DNA from: Camelus ferus
Taxonomy: Eukaryota
Length of the DNA stretch: 64,000 bases
Reading direction: 5' to 3'
NCBI RefSeq assembly: GCF_009834535.1
Contig: NC_045697.1
Location: 52,020,001-52,084,000 of the forward strand
The notes beneath the pieces were generated by a model. That model was given only the letters and a program-made list of their open reading frames with translations, made no database searches and had not been told where the DNA came from. How positions within the stretch are numbered: position 1 is the stretch's first letter; the number at the start of each line of letters is the position of its first letter. The position numbers and the translations under genes were made by a program. Of this stretch, positions 1 to 13,571 are shown in pieces.

Positions 1-54
1 CTATTGCACAATAAAGTAGCACTGCCTTTAATCTGGCAGAATTACAAGATTAAA

Positions 55-660
55 GCACCTGCACTCCTTAAGTGTGAGCTACACATAGTGATTTCTTTCC
101 AAAGAGTACAGTATGAAAAGAAGAGTAGGGAGGGCAACTTTACAAAGAGACAATGACAGGTGACCAAGGTCAACAGCAATAGTGAACAAATATGTTGATA
201 GTATGTACCCCTGATATGAGACGATGGAAATGGCATTTTACCTTTGCAGTCTTCTCCCCGAACTCAGTCTACTCATGAGAAAAACATCAGTTAAATCCCG
301 ACAGAAGTCCATCTGCAAAATACCTGACCAGGACTTCTCAAATCTGTCAAGGCTAGCCAGGCCAAGGAAAGTTTAAGAAACTGTCACAGCCAGGAGGAGT
401 CTCAGAAGACAACTGAACATAATGTAGTATCCTGGATGGGATGCTGGAGCAGAAAAAAGTTATCTAGTAAACTAAGGAAGTTTGAATTATAGACATTAGT
501 CAGTATGTTTATTGGTTTATTAATTGTTGAACATGTACCATATTAATGTAAGATGTTAATAATAGGGGAAACTGGGTGCAGGGTATATGAGAACTCTGTG
601 TTATTTCACAAGTTTTCTGTAAATCAGTAACTTTTAAGAGATCAAATTTACTTTAAAAAT
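55..660 (+). mobile_element. Old LINE-1 3' UTR fragment (L1MC3/L1MC4-like)
   Basis: Diagnostic L1MC 3'-UTR motifs: gagtacagtatg, gttgatagtatgtaccc, tatcctggatgggat..ggagcagaaaa, aagatgttaataataggggaaactggg. Confidence 0.8.
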
Positions 661-674
661 CAGTAGAAAGAAAT

Positions 675-1175
675 CACTCACTATATAAATCAGGATAACT
701 GAAACTACTTGAGATACTTCAATTAGAAAAACTTAATATCAAGAATTGGTTACACAAGTGATGGAAGAGCTAAGAAACCAAACAGAAAAGAGGTGAAAGC
801 TGCTGCCCCTCCAGGTGCTGGAGGGTCAGGGGGTGGCGTCAGTGGGCTCTGGTGCTGGCCATCCTGGAGAAGCTGAAACAGCAGTGAGGCTGGAGCTGGG
901 GCCACAAAGCGAAGGACGAGCTGGTGGACAGCCGGAGCCACGAGGGGGATGCAGATGGTACAGAAAATGCCACAAGCAGCAGAAAGAAAAGAGAAGTGAT
1001 TTTCTGGCTTCTTCTGTCCTTCCATTTTCTAATCTTCTGCCAGGGCCTCTTGTTGACCTAACCGATTAGAAGCCAGAAGGACATGGAAGCCTGGGGACTG
1101 GTTACTTGAAGTAGAGAACAGAGGAAGGGAAGGGCCAAAATGGATCTGAGAGCAAAGAGGCATCTAACAAACACT
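675..1175 (-). mobile_element. ERVL-class LTR (LTR33/LTR41-like)
   Basis: Reverse complement contains the LTR33-family core cttctggcttctaatcggttaggtcaacaagagg..ggcagaagattag and ends tggatctgagagcaaagagg on +. This explains ORFs 750-1025 and 815-1069. Confidence 0.6.
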
Positions 1176-1491
1176 ACCACATTTCTTTTAATTGCATCTT
1201 TTTACATTATACTGAAAATGAGAAGATTGATTTTTGTAAATTCTATAATCTTTGTTTCTTTGGTTCTGTGTGGGAAGAAGAAAACCATGTTTATTTACTC
1301 TAAGGGATGTTAATTAGTGTCTAGTAATTCCTGTCATCTTTACTTCCTCCCTTCTCACTTCTTACTCACATTTTCAAAATTGTATTGTTTCCCCTCTTTT
1401 AGTATTTGGAATTAGCTTCTATCTTCATGAGCAGTTTTGCTCCAAATGCTGTATCTCCTTGAATCAACTGTGAAACTTTTTCAAATTAGTT

Positions 1492-1614
1492 CTTTTTTTT
1501 AATTGAGGTATAGTCAGTTTACAATGTTGTGTCAATTTCTGGTGTACAGCATAATGTCATACTTGGATGTGCATATATTCATTTTCATATTCTTCTTCAC
1601 CGTAAGCTACTACA
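1492..1614 (-). mobile_element. Young lineage-specific L1 3' tail (camelid-type), 5'-truncated
   Basis: polyT followed by aattgaggtatagtcagtttacaatgttgtgtcaatttctggtgtacagc; 11-bp TSD tcaaattagtt at 1481-1491 and 1615-1625. Confidence 0.85.
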
Positions 1615-3756
1615 TCAAATTAGTTTTAATCACAGTCATGTTCTTATTGTGGAAGATGATGTCAAAAGATGTATGAACCTCCTAGAAGAATTTTTTAAAA
1701 AACGTTATTCTTTTGCTCTTTCATTGAAATAGAGAAAAGTAGAGGACCTCTTAGTGAATCAGAGACCAGTTGAATATTATGAATTTTCCAGAATGGACAA
1801 ACATATTGAGTGTCTGGGAGGAAGCACGTTGTGAGAGGGAGTATGGCCATGGTGTCAGTGGGTGGGGCACTTCCGGAAGAAAGAACGCTGTGCATAAAGT
1901 TTCCTTGAGGCCTTGTGTAAAGCTAGGTTAATAGTTGTTCCAGATGTTCCCATTTTGCCGAACTTTGAGCTTTCATTAAGACTGAGAAAATACCACTACC
2001 ACCCATGGAGTCTAGCTCAAACTTCCACTTGAGAGACCAAGTTATGCTGCCAGCCACCATCACTAAACCCAGGCAAGACACTTGCAAGAGCTTCCATCCT
2101 GCAGTGCTTGATGACATCACTGGCTTTCCAGAATTCTTGTTGGAAGACCTCAGTTGACAGTCTCTCAATAGTAGGAATTCCTTACGCTCAAGGAAATGGA
2201 AGATAAAGTTCATTCTCAGGAACTATAGTTAAAACAAAATCAACAGTAATATTAAATTAAAGGTTTAAAATATTAAAAAAATAGGCAGCCTTTCAATCTA
2301 ACAAAGTGTTGGATGGCACTGTCTATACTGTGTGTGCATACACTTAGTGTATTATGTATGTATACATACATGTTTACATAATTCAGAGACTGTGTCTTGT
2401 ATATCGTACAAGTCATGCATTAATGTTGAAGATATTCAGAGATTATTATGTCAGATATCTATGAGCTGAAACACAGATTTCAGGGTATGTTTTCTTTCCC
2501 AGGAGGCTGTGATTATGGCAGTAAGGAAAAGATGCTCCTACAGTCCATTTTTGGAACTAATTCCAGCATCACCAGGGATGTCATCATTATTATGACATAT
2601 ATATGCAAGTTTAACAACATGATTTAAGCAGAATGATGTGCATCAAAAAATTAAAAGAAAAGAAATGCACTTTACTATGATGCCCAGGACAGCCATGACC
2701 ATACCCGTGTGGGTAAGACTAGGAGGAAGGGTACACACTGTGGCAGAGCTGTGGGGAGAAAAGCAGACCAGAAACCTTAAAGCTGCTCACTGCTGATGCG
2801 AGCTTAGTCTCGTTCAGAATCAGCAGGATTGATATTTAGCCTAGAAGCTCTTTCCAGCAGAAAACTTAATCTTCTTAGGACACAAAGGAATGACTATTTT
2901 TTCCTGTGTTCCCCAAGTTCCAATGAGTGTGTCATCACACACTAAAAGTACAGTAAATGTTCTGGCTGGAAGTTTTTTCTTTTTTTTCTAAACTTCTAAG
3001 AGCCTTTGGTTTCTTCACTTCTCCCATGCATCTTGCATACTGATCCAAGCTTAATCTACCTAAAAAAGCAAACAAGCAATAAGTACAGAAAGCACCTAGA
3101 CTTACAGGGGTTGGTCAGGGTGCTTTCCATACACCCAGATTGATAAGGCTCTCAATCTGTACCATACGTAGAATGTCCTACATTTTCATCTTCTCATTCT
3201 GGGCACTAGAATTGTGATTACGTCTGTTGGTTGGGGTTGGGGTCCATACTCTTCAGTTATGCACAGCTACCTGTCCCAGAGGTAGGGAAAGGAGCCCTGG
3301 GTGGACACTGTGGGAGAAAATGAGCAACAATGGGATTTTGAAAGTCTGGAAACTAGAATATGCCTGAGAACCAGGAGCAAGGGGTTATTAACTGAAAGAA
3401 TAGGAGATGCAGAGCCTTTAAAGTGGAGCTAAACCAGAAACAACAAGATTGGTAACCCAAAGGAAGGGGAGTGGTCAGGAGGCTGAGCAGTGGTCAATGT
3501 CTAGTCCAGAAAGAGCAGGAGGCAAGGATTAAAGTCAGTGAGTTCATTAAGGCCATGAATTCACATCTCAAGCAAAAACAAATAAGGATCAAAACCCATT
3601 GTGTGTTGGGGGACGTAGGGGGAAGAGGTGGCGAGAGCAGCAGGCCTGGTGGGCAACTGATTGATAGGCAATAAAGGGTGAAGGGTGCAAGAGGGGTCTG
3701 AGTAATTGCCTAGGACAGTATGTGCATTGGAGGCTTGCCTTTATGATGGCCGGTGG

Positions 3757-3950
3757 AGTGGTTCTCACAGTGTGTCCCCAGGCCAGCAGCAGTGCGCTCA
3801 CCTGCGACTTGTCAGCCATGTGCGTTCTTGGGCCCACCTCAGGCCTACTCAGTCAGAAACTGGGCTTCTGGTAGCGGGCGCCACGGTCTGTGTTGTAACA
3901 AACCCTCCAGGTGGTTCTGATTCTCACAAAAATTTGAGACCCACTGGGCT
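3757..3950. mobile_element. MER5A-like hAT-Charlie MITE
   Basis: gtggttctcacagtgtg...gcccacctcaggcctactcagtcagaaact...aacaaaccctccaggtggttctgatt...tttgagacccactg, with terminal inverted similarity. Confidence 0.8.
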
Positions 3951-4124
3951 AGCAGGTAAGGCTAGTTTAAAAGTAGGAGGTAGAGTGAACTGTAGAAAAA
4001 CCCAGAGATCCTTCCTCGGGAATTTCTTTTTTAAGAAAAAATGAAATTTCATTTTAGTAATTCCATATTACAAAATAACGAGTTCTATTTGCTAAACAGA
4101 TGTTTAGCAAAACACCTGATAACT

Positions 4125-4625
4125 TTTCTTTGTCCCTTCCCATCCACTCTCCACCCTTTCCCACCCTGCTCTGTGCCCTGGGAAGGGCAAGCTGACTTGT
4201 AAAGCCTGCATCAAGAAGGTCCCTGGCTCTGTGGTTCTGCTTGGATTCAGCTCATGGGGGCCCCCAGCAAGACAGTGTACAGAGAAAAGATAATGAGGCC
4301 AGTTTATTTCCCTGGTTCCGTCTCTCTATGGGGTTGCCTTGGGATGCCTGTGTCCTTTGATCAAGGTCACGTCTCCTCTCTCCAGGATTCTCTTCTCCCT
4401 AATTCAAGTGGCAGCTCCCTCCCATTGTCCCCTTGGGCTTAGGAGTGGTGGCAGCTTTATTGCTACTGTCTCTGAGTAACTTTACTATTACCTGTGGTTC
4501 TGCTGAAACTCACCAGCACCTTTCCAGAATAAGCTTTTTAAAATAGCACCTTTGGCAATAAATTCATCACAAATTATCCAAATTAAAGTGTTCCATCTGT
4601 TTTTTATTGGGACTGTGTGTAAGAC
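4125..4625 (+). mobile_element. LTR33-like ERVL solo LTR
   Basis: catccactctccaccctttcccaccctgctctgtgccctgggaag at the start; tgttccatctgttttttattgggact at the 3' end. Confidence 0.7.
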
Positions 4626-4754
4626 TCATGTATCTCCTCAGCTTCCCTGAATCCTCAGCTGCCTGCTCTCTGTGCCTACGTTGCCTCCACTCGGTCAACC
4701 CTCTGCTGGGACCTCTGTTGCCTCTGACCAGCCAATCTCTCACCCTGGGGGGTG

Positions 4755-5249
4755 TGGGGCCCTTTCCCTAACCTCCAGAACAATCAGGCTGACCTGCCAC
4801 ATGCCTAGAGGTTCTGATTCCTGCTACCCCTTCTGGGCTTAAATGAAATAGCACCCCACTGGGATTGAGATTTAGCATCCCAGACAACCACAGATGGGAC
4901 CAAGTGATGAAATGAAACCCGGAAGTTGACGGTGGTCGACCAGTGGGAAATAGGAGACAGGAGGGAGTGAGGCAGATCATGCTCTGATGCATGGTTTTTC
5001 CTTGCAGCCATCAAGAAAAGTCTCCCAGGCCGAGTACATTTACCCCCAAGAAATATGTTGTGTCTGTGGCTCACGGTGATGTGGCAGCCAGCGTGGTCAA
5101 GTACCACTTCCTAATGCTTCTCATTTTCCTTTGTCTCGCTGTCACTTATCCCATTTTGCTGTCTTGGGTTTACAAAGTCCAAAATAAGGCACAGCACTTT
5201 CATTCTAGCCTGAGGCCCCGTTATGCAGAGACCCCTGGTTAAACCGTCA
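4755..5249 (+). mobile_element. ERVL-class LTR (LTR40/MER54/LTR16-like)
   Basis: 3' end aaataaggcacagcacttt..tagcctgaggc..gcagagacccctggttaaac resembles ERVL LTR U5 ends; subfamily uncertain. Confidence 0.5.
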
Positions 5250-6504
5250 CCTGACTACTACGGTAGGTAACATAACCATGAACATAGAGACAATACTATG
5301 AAATAGCCGAGAAAACCCAAGTTGTCCAGTGATAACCTCCTATCTTTCCTGACTAGTTAGCAGGGATGCCACCAGATGAGGTCAAGGAATGTCATCTTTG
5401 CCCTGTTCGAAATTTCCTGATCCATTTTCCTGTGTTCCATGTCGCCTTTACTGGGCATGGATGCTTCCTTAGATTCGGGTATTTATATTAACTATAGTGT
5501 GTTCTCAATCTCTTTGACTTACTTAAAACCCACACACTAACATAAAGCCTTTATTAATTGAATTAGTAAAGGGAAGTTAAAGTTGCAACCACTTCAGACT
5601 TAGGGAGAGAGTCACACTGTTGCCAAAAGCCTTTAGGTTAATCCTTGGACCCCAGCCTAGTCAGTGATTTTTGTTCTATATCTTGAAGCCTTTAATCTCT
5701 ATAAATTACATACTACTAGTTTGCAAACAAAAATTCAAAAGATATAAAGAATAAATGGAGAAACTATCTAATAAAGCAGTATATTTTAAACAGTGAAATA
5801 TTAGTTTAACAGGCATATGAGAAAACTTAAGATAGTTAATTGCAGTGTCTGTATCAATAAGAACAACCAGAACACTTGGTTATTTTGTTGTTGCTGCTGC
5901 CACTGTTTTTTTTTTTTCTTCAAACCATTACCTAATCCTTTTTAGTCTATACTCCTCTGGACTTGAGGTACAGTGGACTCATTATAGGCTTTCTTTGATT
6001 ACCTAGGATGCCAAGGAGTTTCAGGGCTGTGTTATGAAGATCATTTTCCAGTCTAATAAATGTGCTCATGCTTAACAGATGAGGTAACACTGTGCTTTGT
6101 AAACAATATATGCAAATATAAGATATAAACACCACTTATACAGGAGTGTAATTTATTTAAAAAATGTCCAGTGTATGCCAGTAATTCAAACTTAATTTCT
6201 TAAGAGTTGTTTAAAAAATGGAATGCACAAAGCAAAAACTAGTTTACAAAGTTATGTTTTGTTGCATTCTTACTAATTGAACTCATTGATGACCAGTTGA
6301 TCCAGTAAGTCATGCTTTAGAACTTACAGCTGCTACTTTTTAAAAACCCTGGTTTGCAAACTGTGCCTCACTGTATCAGATGCATTTTCAGAGATTCTAA
6401 AATCATATAGCACCCTCTCTCAAACAATAGCAGTTAAACTGCCTGAAGAAACAGATTAACATTGAAATTCTTAGAAAACTTTCAGTTAAAAATATTATAC
6501 TGTA

Positions 6505-6672
6505 ATAATGATGTGGCAACATAGGTTTAGTGAATGTAACAAACTTGGCATTCTGGGGCAAGATGTAGGTTGTAGGGGCGGCTGTGTCGGGGGGGCATAG
6601 GGAGTATATTGCAAGTCTACTTTCCCACTCAGTATTGCTGTGAAACTAAAGCTGCTCTAAAAATAAAACTTA
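6505..6672 (+). mobile_element. L1MC 3' terminal fragment
   Basis: taggtttagtgaatgtaacaaac...ttgctgtgaaactaaagctgctctaaaaataaaa, which parallels 35370-35545. Confidence 0.7.
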
Positions 6673-7904
6673 GTCATAAGGAAAGCCTACCAAAATAGTT
6701 TGAAGCTAGTGATTATGAATATTTTGTTTGCTTTTTATTTGTCATAAAAATCAATAGCTATCATTTAGAAATGAGCCTAAAAGTGGAAAGAAACTTTTCC
6801 CTTAAGGCAAAAAAAAAAAAAAAAAAGGAAAAACTGGAAAATTTGTGAATACAGTAATAAATGAGTCAAATTTAGAACAGAAGTAATCAAAAAACTAAGG
6901 TTAGAAGAGATGATATAATGTAAACAATACTCGAGGAAAAGTCTTCAGTTTGATCACCCTGTCAGATTTCCCACGTTGGTAATGAATAGTCCCATTGGTG
7001 CCTAAGGCACAGATGAAAAAAGAAAAGGGATGAAAAATCCTGTATTATCCAGTGACCTAGGATTTTTACTGTTATTTTTTTGATAAACATTTAAGCAATG
7101 AGCTCAAGCTTCAGCTGGAATAGAAATAGATGGTATTTAATGGAACTTAACTAATGCAATTTTAATTTCAAATTTATTCATTAAGCAACTTGTAATAGCT
7201 ATGTGAATCACTGTAAATTTCTCTTCATCAAGTGCTAATGTATCTTTGAATATACATTGAAATTTTTGGTGATGTTACTTCATTCCAAATAGTCTTTTTT
7301 TAGTACAAGTTTTTATAGCTAGCTATTTTAATAGACATTATTAGTTATCTTATTATGATTTTATTATTAGTTACTCTGTCATTTTAATGACAAAATATTA
7401 TCCTGGTATATAAATATAGTTATAAATATACATGTTATAAAATATTTATTTATATGTATTTTTTTTGTTCTAGTTTATCTGCTTTTGCAAGATTTGCCAG
7501 AACAGTAATTTCTTTTTTGGTCTTCTCTGAGGACAGATTTGAATTTAGATTGGGATTTTCACAGTTTACATGAGCCTAACAGTGTGTATTGCTGATATTC
7601 AATAGTAACCTACCATTATCTGTGTTCCTAATGACAGACGAGGCAGGGCTTGCTTTAAAGAGAAGTTGCTATTCAGAGACACACACACTTATTTTACCTC
7701 TAGCATCATAATGTGTCGTTCTGTCTTGTCTATTCCCACGGCTCCCCAGGACTCCTGATGTACCTAGCTGCTTACCCAAGTTACATGGATTTTCATAGTC
7801 AAAAAAAAAAAAAAAAAAAGGAAAGAAAAAGCTAAGCGCCCATGGGGAAAAAGAAAAAATACTATCCAAGCCTTTAAAAAATAATTATGTCTGTAGAAGG
7901 ATAA

Positions 7905-8008
7905 CAGCTATATAGAAAAGTCCACAAATCATAAATATACAGCTTAATGAGTTGTCACAACATAAACCCACTCATGTAACTGCCACCCATGTCAAGAAAT
8001 AACCATTC
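7905..8008 (-). mobile_element. Old L1M 3' end fragment
   Basis: aaagtccacaaatcataaatatacagcttaatgagttgtcacaa..catgtaactgccacccatgtcaagaaataaccatt is the typical antisense L1M terminus. Confidence 0.6.
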
Positions 8009-9999
8009 AGGTTAAAAGTAATATCACAATAACTTTAGTTGGGAACACCACTTGAGTTTTGGTGTTTGGAATAAAAATTTTGACAAAATGTTTACATAGT
8101 TGTAGTTTCAAGGTATATTTAGATAAAAGAGTTTTAAATGTTGTATGTGCATTAGTCAATTTTCCCATATTTTAATGTGAAAAATAAGAAATACGAATAT
8201 GTATTTGTTCTATCAATGTGATTATGATGTGAAAACTAAAAAAAGTCCTTATGATGTGTAGCCTACAATAATTTCAGAATTGAATTAAGTTATAACTATG
8301 GTTTGTAAAAATCCTATTAAGAAATGAAGGGTTTTCTTCAAAAGGATGCTCATTTAAAATATCTTTGGAAGTTACACTAATTTTTTTCTTCTATAGAACT
8401 TTTGCATAGGTACCATGTTCTTTATTTCCTGTATTTCTTCCTCCCTTCCTTCTCTTTCCCTTTTATTCATCTTTAATGAGAGGAGGTTTATCTAGCACCA
8501 CTAAAGTCTTAAAGTCATCAGGGTAGCTGGTTCCTGGTTCCAGGGTAGACTCAAGTTTCCTGAACAAGGTTAAAATGTCATGCTTAGAATGTATACTGAA
8601 GTCCTGATTAATATTGGTTACATTATGCTTGGAGTCATCCAAATAGCCTGAAGGTATGAAGAGAGACAGGTCATTTTAAGAGTTTTTTACTTTTTCTCCA
8701 TGGAGGTTAAAGCACTGCCCCTGCAGTCACTCTCTCTCTGCTCAGCTGTTTTCTTCTTCAAGGATTATATGCACCATAACTTTTCATCCTTGTTTTCCAT
8801 CTGCCTTACAGATGACTTAGACTCTTTCATTATCAGGTTGGGTGCCCTGCTTTGGAATGGAGGGGGGGAACTGAGTGAGAGAACTGTCCTAATACCGAAG
8901 GCTTTTTATTTGAGTGCTTACCTGTTTTGCACACCAACACCACTCATCTTTTGACTGTTGGTTAATATTTGCACATTGCCTTCCAGTGCATCTCTTCCTT
9001 TGGCATGGGTGGCCTCAATACAAGAATGGTTCCCCCTCATCAAAGTGAGCTTACTCACTGTTAATGGACCCTGTCGGTAAACAATGGAAAATTAACATTT
9101 CCTTTCACGACTGTTTGTTCAGGGGAAGGGACTCTAAGTATGTGTCAACTCTTTTCACTTCCAAGATCTACTTTGCTGAAGAACCTTGGACAATCCTACC
9201 TTAGAAAACTAGTGGGGGTCTTTGGCCAATTTCTGGGTGATAATGAGTATTTCTTGGTGAACATGTGAATGCTGGTTACTTGAGTAGCATGAATCAGAAA
9301 GGTCATATTATTCTGTTCCTTCTAGATTAATTTACATAGTTCTGACTAGGGCAAAGAATAAAAGTGTAATATCTTCCTTGGTTTTAGGGCATACGTGGTG
9401 ATAATTCTGTTTTATCTTATTTTGTAAGAGCTCTGTTAGAGACCAGATGACTCTGTCTTCGCTATGCTCAAAATGAGAAAGGACAGGTTGAATCTGGGAT
9501 CCGTCATGATCAGTCACCTTATACACAGAGGGAGAAGCAGTGACTGGACCAGGATCCAGGACACTGTCAATGTAGGAGCATCCTTCTTTGCCCTTCATAA
9601 AACTAGGATGGGGTGAGTAGTTTGGAGAAAGTCTCAAGTCTGTGCTAGAAATTTGAAACAGTGTCATCATTAAGACAAACCTTACCATAAAGGAAAAGTA
9701 CAGGTAATTATCTAATTACTACTTAGAAAATGAAGGGACTTGACTGAAAAACCATACTGATTCTGAGTTTATTAGTATTTTATTTTTTTTTTTTAAAAAG
9801 TAATTTTGGGTGTAGTGAAGAGAAGGGAATCACCTCAGTTTTTGGTGAAAAATCCCCCTCGGGCATTCTCTCGCGCCTCTATGTCTGTCTACATGAAAGA
9901 ATACTGTTGAGCTTTATCAGAACTGCCTTCACTTTCTGCAACAGCAAACTGACCTCTTGGGAAGAGGAGTAGGAGCTGGTTCATTGTGTTTCCTAATAT

Positions 10000-10658
10000 T
10001 GTTGCCAAAAGATCAGCCCCCGTCCCTGAGGAGCCAGATAACTCAGAGTCAGGGTCTCGGAGCTTAGGAGAAGAGAGGCAGCTTTATTGCTTTGCCGGGC
10101 AAAGGGGACTCACAGCAGGCTAGTGCCTTCAGAATTGAAGTCTTGGGGATGGGGCAGGGTGATTATACAGCCATAGCTCAAACAATGAAGCATCGATAAC
10201 AATCAACAGAATTATTTTCTTCTCATAAGACTCAAGAGTGGCGTCATGGTGTCTCCAGGTGACTACGTCTATAGAAGCTAGTGGTTGTCGCTCTTTTCAA
10301 TCTCTTTTCTTATAAGCACCCAAGACGTGGTCTTTTTCGTAATTCATGCTATGTTGTAAGGTTACAGTCCCATGACCTTCTCCCTGGTGATCGAACTCAG
10401 AGACCAAGCATGATTATTACTTTTGATTACTGGAATAAAGTAGAAACAGTTAAAATTATTTTAATGGTGGGCCTGGAGCTGTGAGTAGCAACTGGGCAGT
10501 CAGGTTAGTTGACTGTTTTAAGGGCAAGCATAAGAATAAGTGATCTGTTAGCCTAAGTGCAGCCATTTTTATTAATTTTCCTTCAAAATTTATAAATTCT
10601 GTTCTATTTGACAGAATTGCCTGGGAGTTTGCATTGTTGAAAATTAATAGTTTTAGCA
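10000..10658 (-). mobile_element. Lineage-specific ERV solo LTR
   Basis: TG...CA termini; minus-strand AATAAA (tttatt at 10083-10088) near the left end; U5/R homologous to the LTR at 14567 (ttgctttgccgggcaaagggga..cacagcaggct). No matching TSD seen. Confidence 0.7.
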
Positions 10659-10749
10659 TTAATAACTCCAGTCACCTCTGTGCCTAGGAGTTTTCTCTGA
10701 GTGTTTGTTTCCATTATTCTCTGGGATTTGATGGGTTGGGAAGTGGAAA

Positions 10750-11270
10750 TAGCCAAGTAAACAAATAAATGATGTAATATCAGTTAGTGACAGAGGCTAT
10801 AAAAAACTAGAACAAGGGATTTGAAAGCAATTAGGAGAGAAACTTTTAAGTGAGTGGTAGGAAAGAGTTTCTTGAAGAGGAGACATATTAACAGAGATTT
10901 AAAGAGGAGCCAGCAGTGACAAAATGAAAAGATGAGGAAATGAGGCAGGAGACAGACAGGGCTAAAGCACGTAGACCATTATAAGGAATTTGAATTTAGT
11001 TTCAAGTTTACTGAAAGATGATTGGAAAGTTTTAAAAAGGAAAGCGACATGATATGATTTATGCTTTCAGAAGTTCATCCCAGCTACTGGGTAGAAAATG
11101 TCCAGTGGGGAGGCAAAAATACTGGACACAGAAAAGTAAAGGAGGCGGCATTTGTGATAGTGCAGGGTACAGATGCACATGATTCGACCTGGAGTAGTTC
11201 ACACGGTGATGGAGATAAATTATCAGGTCATCACATGCTTTAAAGGATTTACTTTAAGTTGGAAGTGGCT
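10750..11270 (-). mobile_element. LINE-2 fragment
   Basis: Antisense L2 motifs taaggaatttgaattt..., ggaaagttttaaaaaggaaagcgacatgatatgatttatg, tggagtagttcacacggtgatggaga. Confidence 0.75.
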
Positions 11271-11852
11271 GTGGCTGTAGGTGTGGTGCAACCCAGCGGA
11301 GAGGGGAGTGGAAGGAGAAAGTGACCAGTAGTAAAGGAAAGAAAGCAACTAAGGGTAACGTAGGATTATAACCCAGGCAGCTGAAGGAAGGTATTAAAAA
11401 ATCAGTGAACTCCAGGAAAAATAGTCAATCATGTGGAACAGAAGCCAAGCTCAAAGTAACCCTCCATAAATTTAGATGTTTCACTCTTTCCTGGAATGTT
11501 CTGTTTATTGTTACATTCTGAAACATAAAAGGGAAATGTAAAAACTGAACTTTTTGCACATATTAGTTTGTATAAAAATCATTAAAGAAATTGAGATAAT
11601 TTTAAAAAATACAGATGAAGGGTAAAGATAGTAGACTTAAAGCATGTTGTTATAACACGGAAGTAGAAGTTTACCTTTTAAAAACATTGACTTATATAGC
11701 AGAAATGAGTCAGTTTAGACATTGGAGAGACAATTCATGTACTCAGATAAGTCATGAAAAAATGTTCTGCAGAAAGAAGTAAATATAATTATAATAATAA
11801 GAGACAAACTGGCCCATTCAGTGAACCAGTGACACAAATCTCAATTTTACTA

Positions 11853-12330
11853 CTGTTGCTGTGAGGGAAAACTGACCCCTGGTAAACCCTGGGGCAGCTT
11901 AGTAAGAGGGTGTGAGAAAGATTTATTTTAGGATCTGGCCTTCATGTTAGGTGGTTGGGGGGAGGGTTTAACAAAGCAGGGCTTTGCACTGGCTTGGATG
12001 CTGTCAGGAAGTGGAGGATAATTCTGTAATTTGCTATCTTAATAAATCTTATCGGAAAGGTAGGAAGGATGAAGTGAAGTTAGAGCCTTAGCTGATAACA
12101 AAACAGCAATCACTTAGCTGGAAATTGGAGATTTGTGTGTGTGTGTGTATGTGGTTTATACAACATGTGTATTTTTGTCTGTGTTCAGACAGGATTACAC
12201 AATAATCTTGTTTTTGCCATGTCTGATGTCAGTCCTCTGGGAAGTGGTACCTGTCCAGCAAAAGGATACCAAGACCTGGCAATGAGTATCAGGCCAGCTA
12301 CTGGTGGGCAGGGGTAGTTTGTCTTTCTAG
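11853..12330 (-). mobile_element. Old ERV1-class solo LTR (MER90/MER110-like)
   Basis: Begins tgttgctgtgagggaaaactgac; minus-strand AATAAA near 11922; atcttaataaatcttatc motif. Subfamily and right boundary approximate. Confidence 0.5.
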
Positions 12331-12734
12331 GACTGGCGTGATGAGTGACTTCCCCATGTACCTGTGTTTTCTAGCTTCCCTTTGCATAGATTCCTTGTAT
12401 TTATTTCTTCATTTTAGGTAATAGTGAGGAACTGAATATATACCCTCCTGATGTTATATTACCAATAATATCTCTTTTACTTATGAAAAAGGAAAGTTTT
12501 CTTTTAACTTGGCATTTCTCTTATTTTTCATCCTTAAAATATCATTTTGAAATGAGAGAGGCAATTGTGTGTGAAAATTAATGTTAAGAAAATGTTATAA
12601 CATAGCAGCTGGAGGACTCAAAATTATTCTCTACCATTCCAATTTGTTTTTAGAATCTACTGAAATGCCATTTTAAAAGTAAAAATATAGAACATGTAAA
12701 AATGCATGATTTTTCTATATTTGAAATTTCATAT

Positions 12735-13173
12735 TGTCAATGGAAAATAATGCACAACCTAAAAGTTAAGAATTAGATTTCATTTGATGGACTTACTAAG
12801 GTTTTAAGCCCAGGAGACAGCCTCTCAGATAGCTCTGAGGGATTGTTGTGAAGAGGTAGGTGATGAGCCAGGATATATGAGTTTTTGCAACAAAAACCAG
12901 GTAGTCTGAACATCAAAAGATTACTATTAAAGAAAACCCAAACATACCAAGTTAATGAATTTAGCACTTTTCTATGTATGTGAAGATGCAAGAGTCTGAG
13001 CTCACAGAAAGTACTTCATTGATATGCACCTAGGTGTCTAGGGCCAGTATCCATTGTTTTTCATCCTGTATCATCTCAGGGTGCACAGTGGTAGGGGGGA
13101 GGGCTGCAGTGCCTGATAGCTTGGTGGCTGCAACATCCTTTGTTTAATGATATGGCAGGTGACTTTCTTCACA
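12735..13173 (-). mobile_element. 3' LTR of outer MER41-like ERV1 provirus
   Basis: TG..CA termini (tgtcaatgg...cttcaca); shares cccaggagacagc..tcagatagctctgag and ttttctatgtatg.gaagatgcaaga blocks with the LTRs at 15249 and 22086; immediately followed by internal sequence homologous to 15671-16080. Confidence 0.85.
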
Positions 13174-13571
13174 GTGTCTCATCTTGGTTATAAACTCAGT
13201 CAATGTTTGGGAAGCATTTCATGACCAATTTGTCCCACAATGCTTGGAAGGCTCATTCCTAGATCAGGTGAAGATTCTCTTCAAAGGCCAGTAAATGTAT
13301 TAATCTTTGGATTAGGCCCTGTTGATAATCTAAAATTCTCTGGATCACTTGTCTATTATGATTGAAGAAATGTTTTTCCTTTTTGCTTCTTCCCATATCT
13401 AGAGTTGCACTATTATAATTATTCTATGTATAGTTATATATTTGATAAACTGCATCAAGACTTTTAGCCATCATTAATTTTGTCAGGCCTGACACATTGG
13501 GTAATGCAAGTGACAATCTTACAAAATAGACAGAGTAAGTAATATAGCAAGTAGCATTCAGAAAGTCATAG

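Noticed and set aside
1923..2213. 96-aa minus-strand ORF
   Set aside because: No recognisable domain or exon structure; its length is compatible with chance.
9332..9688. 118-aa minus-strand ORF
   Set aside because: No recognisable homology and no supporting splice or promoter features; part of it looks like decayed repeat.
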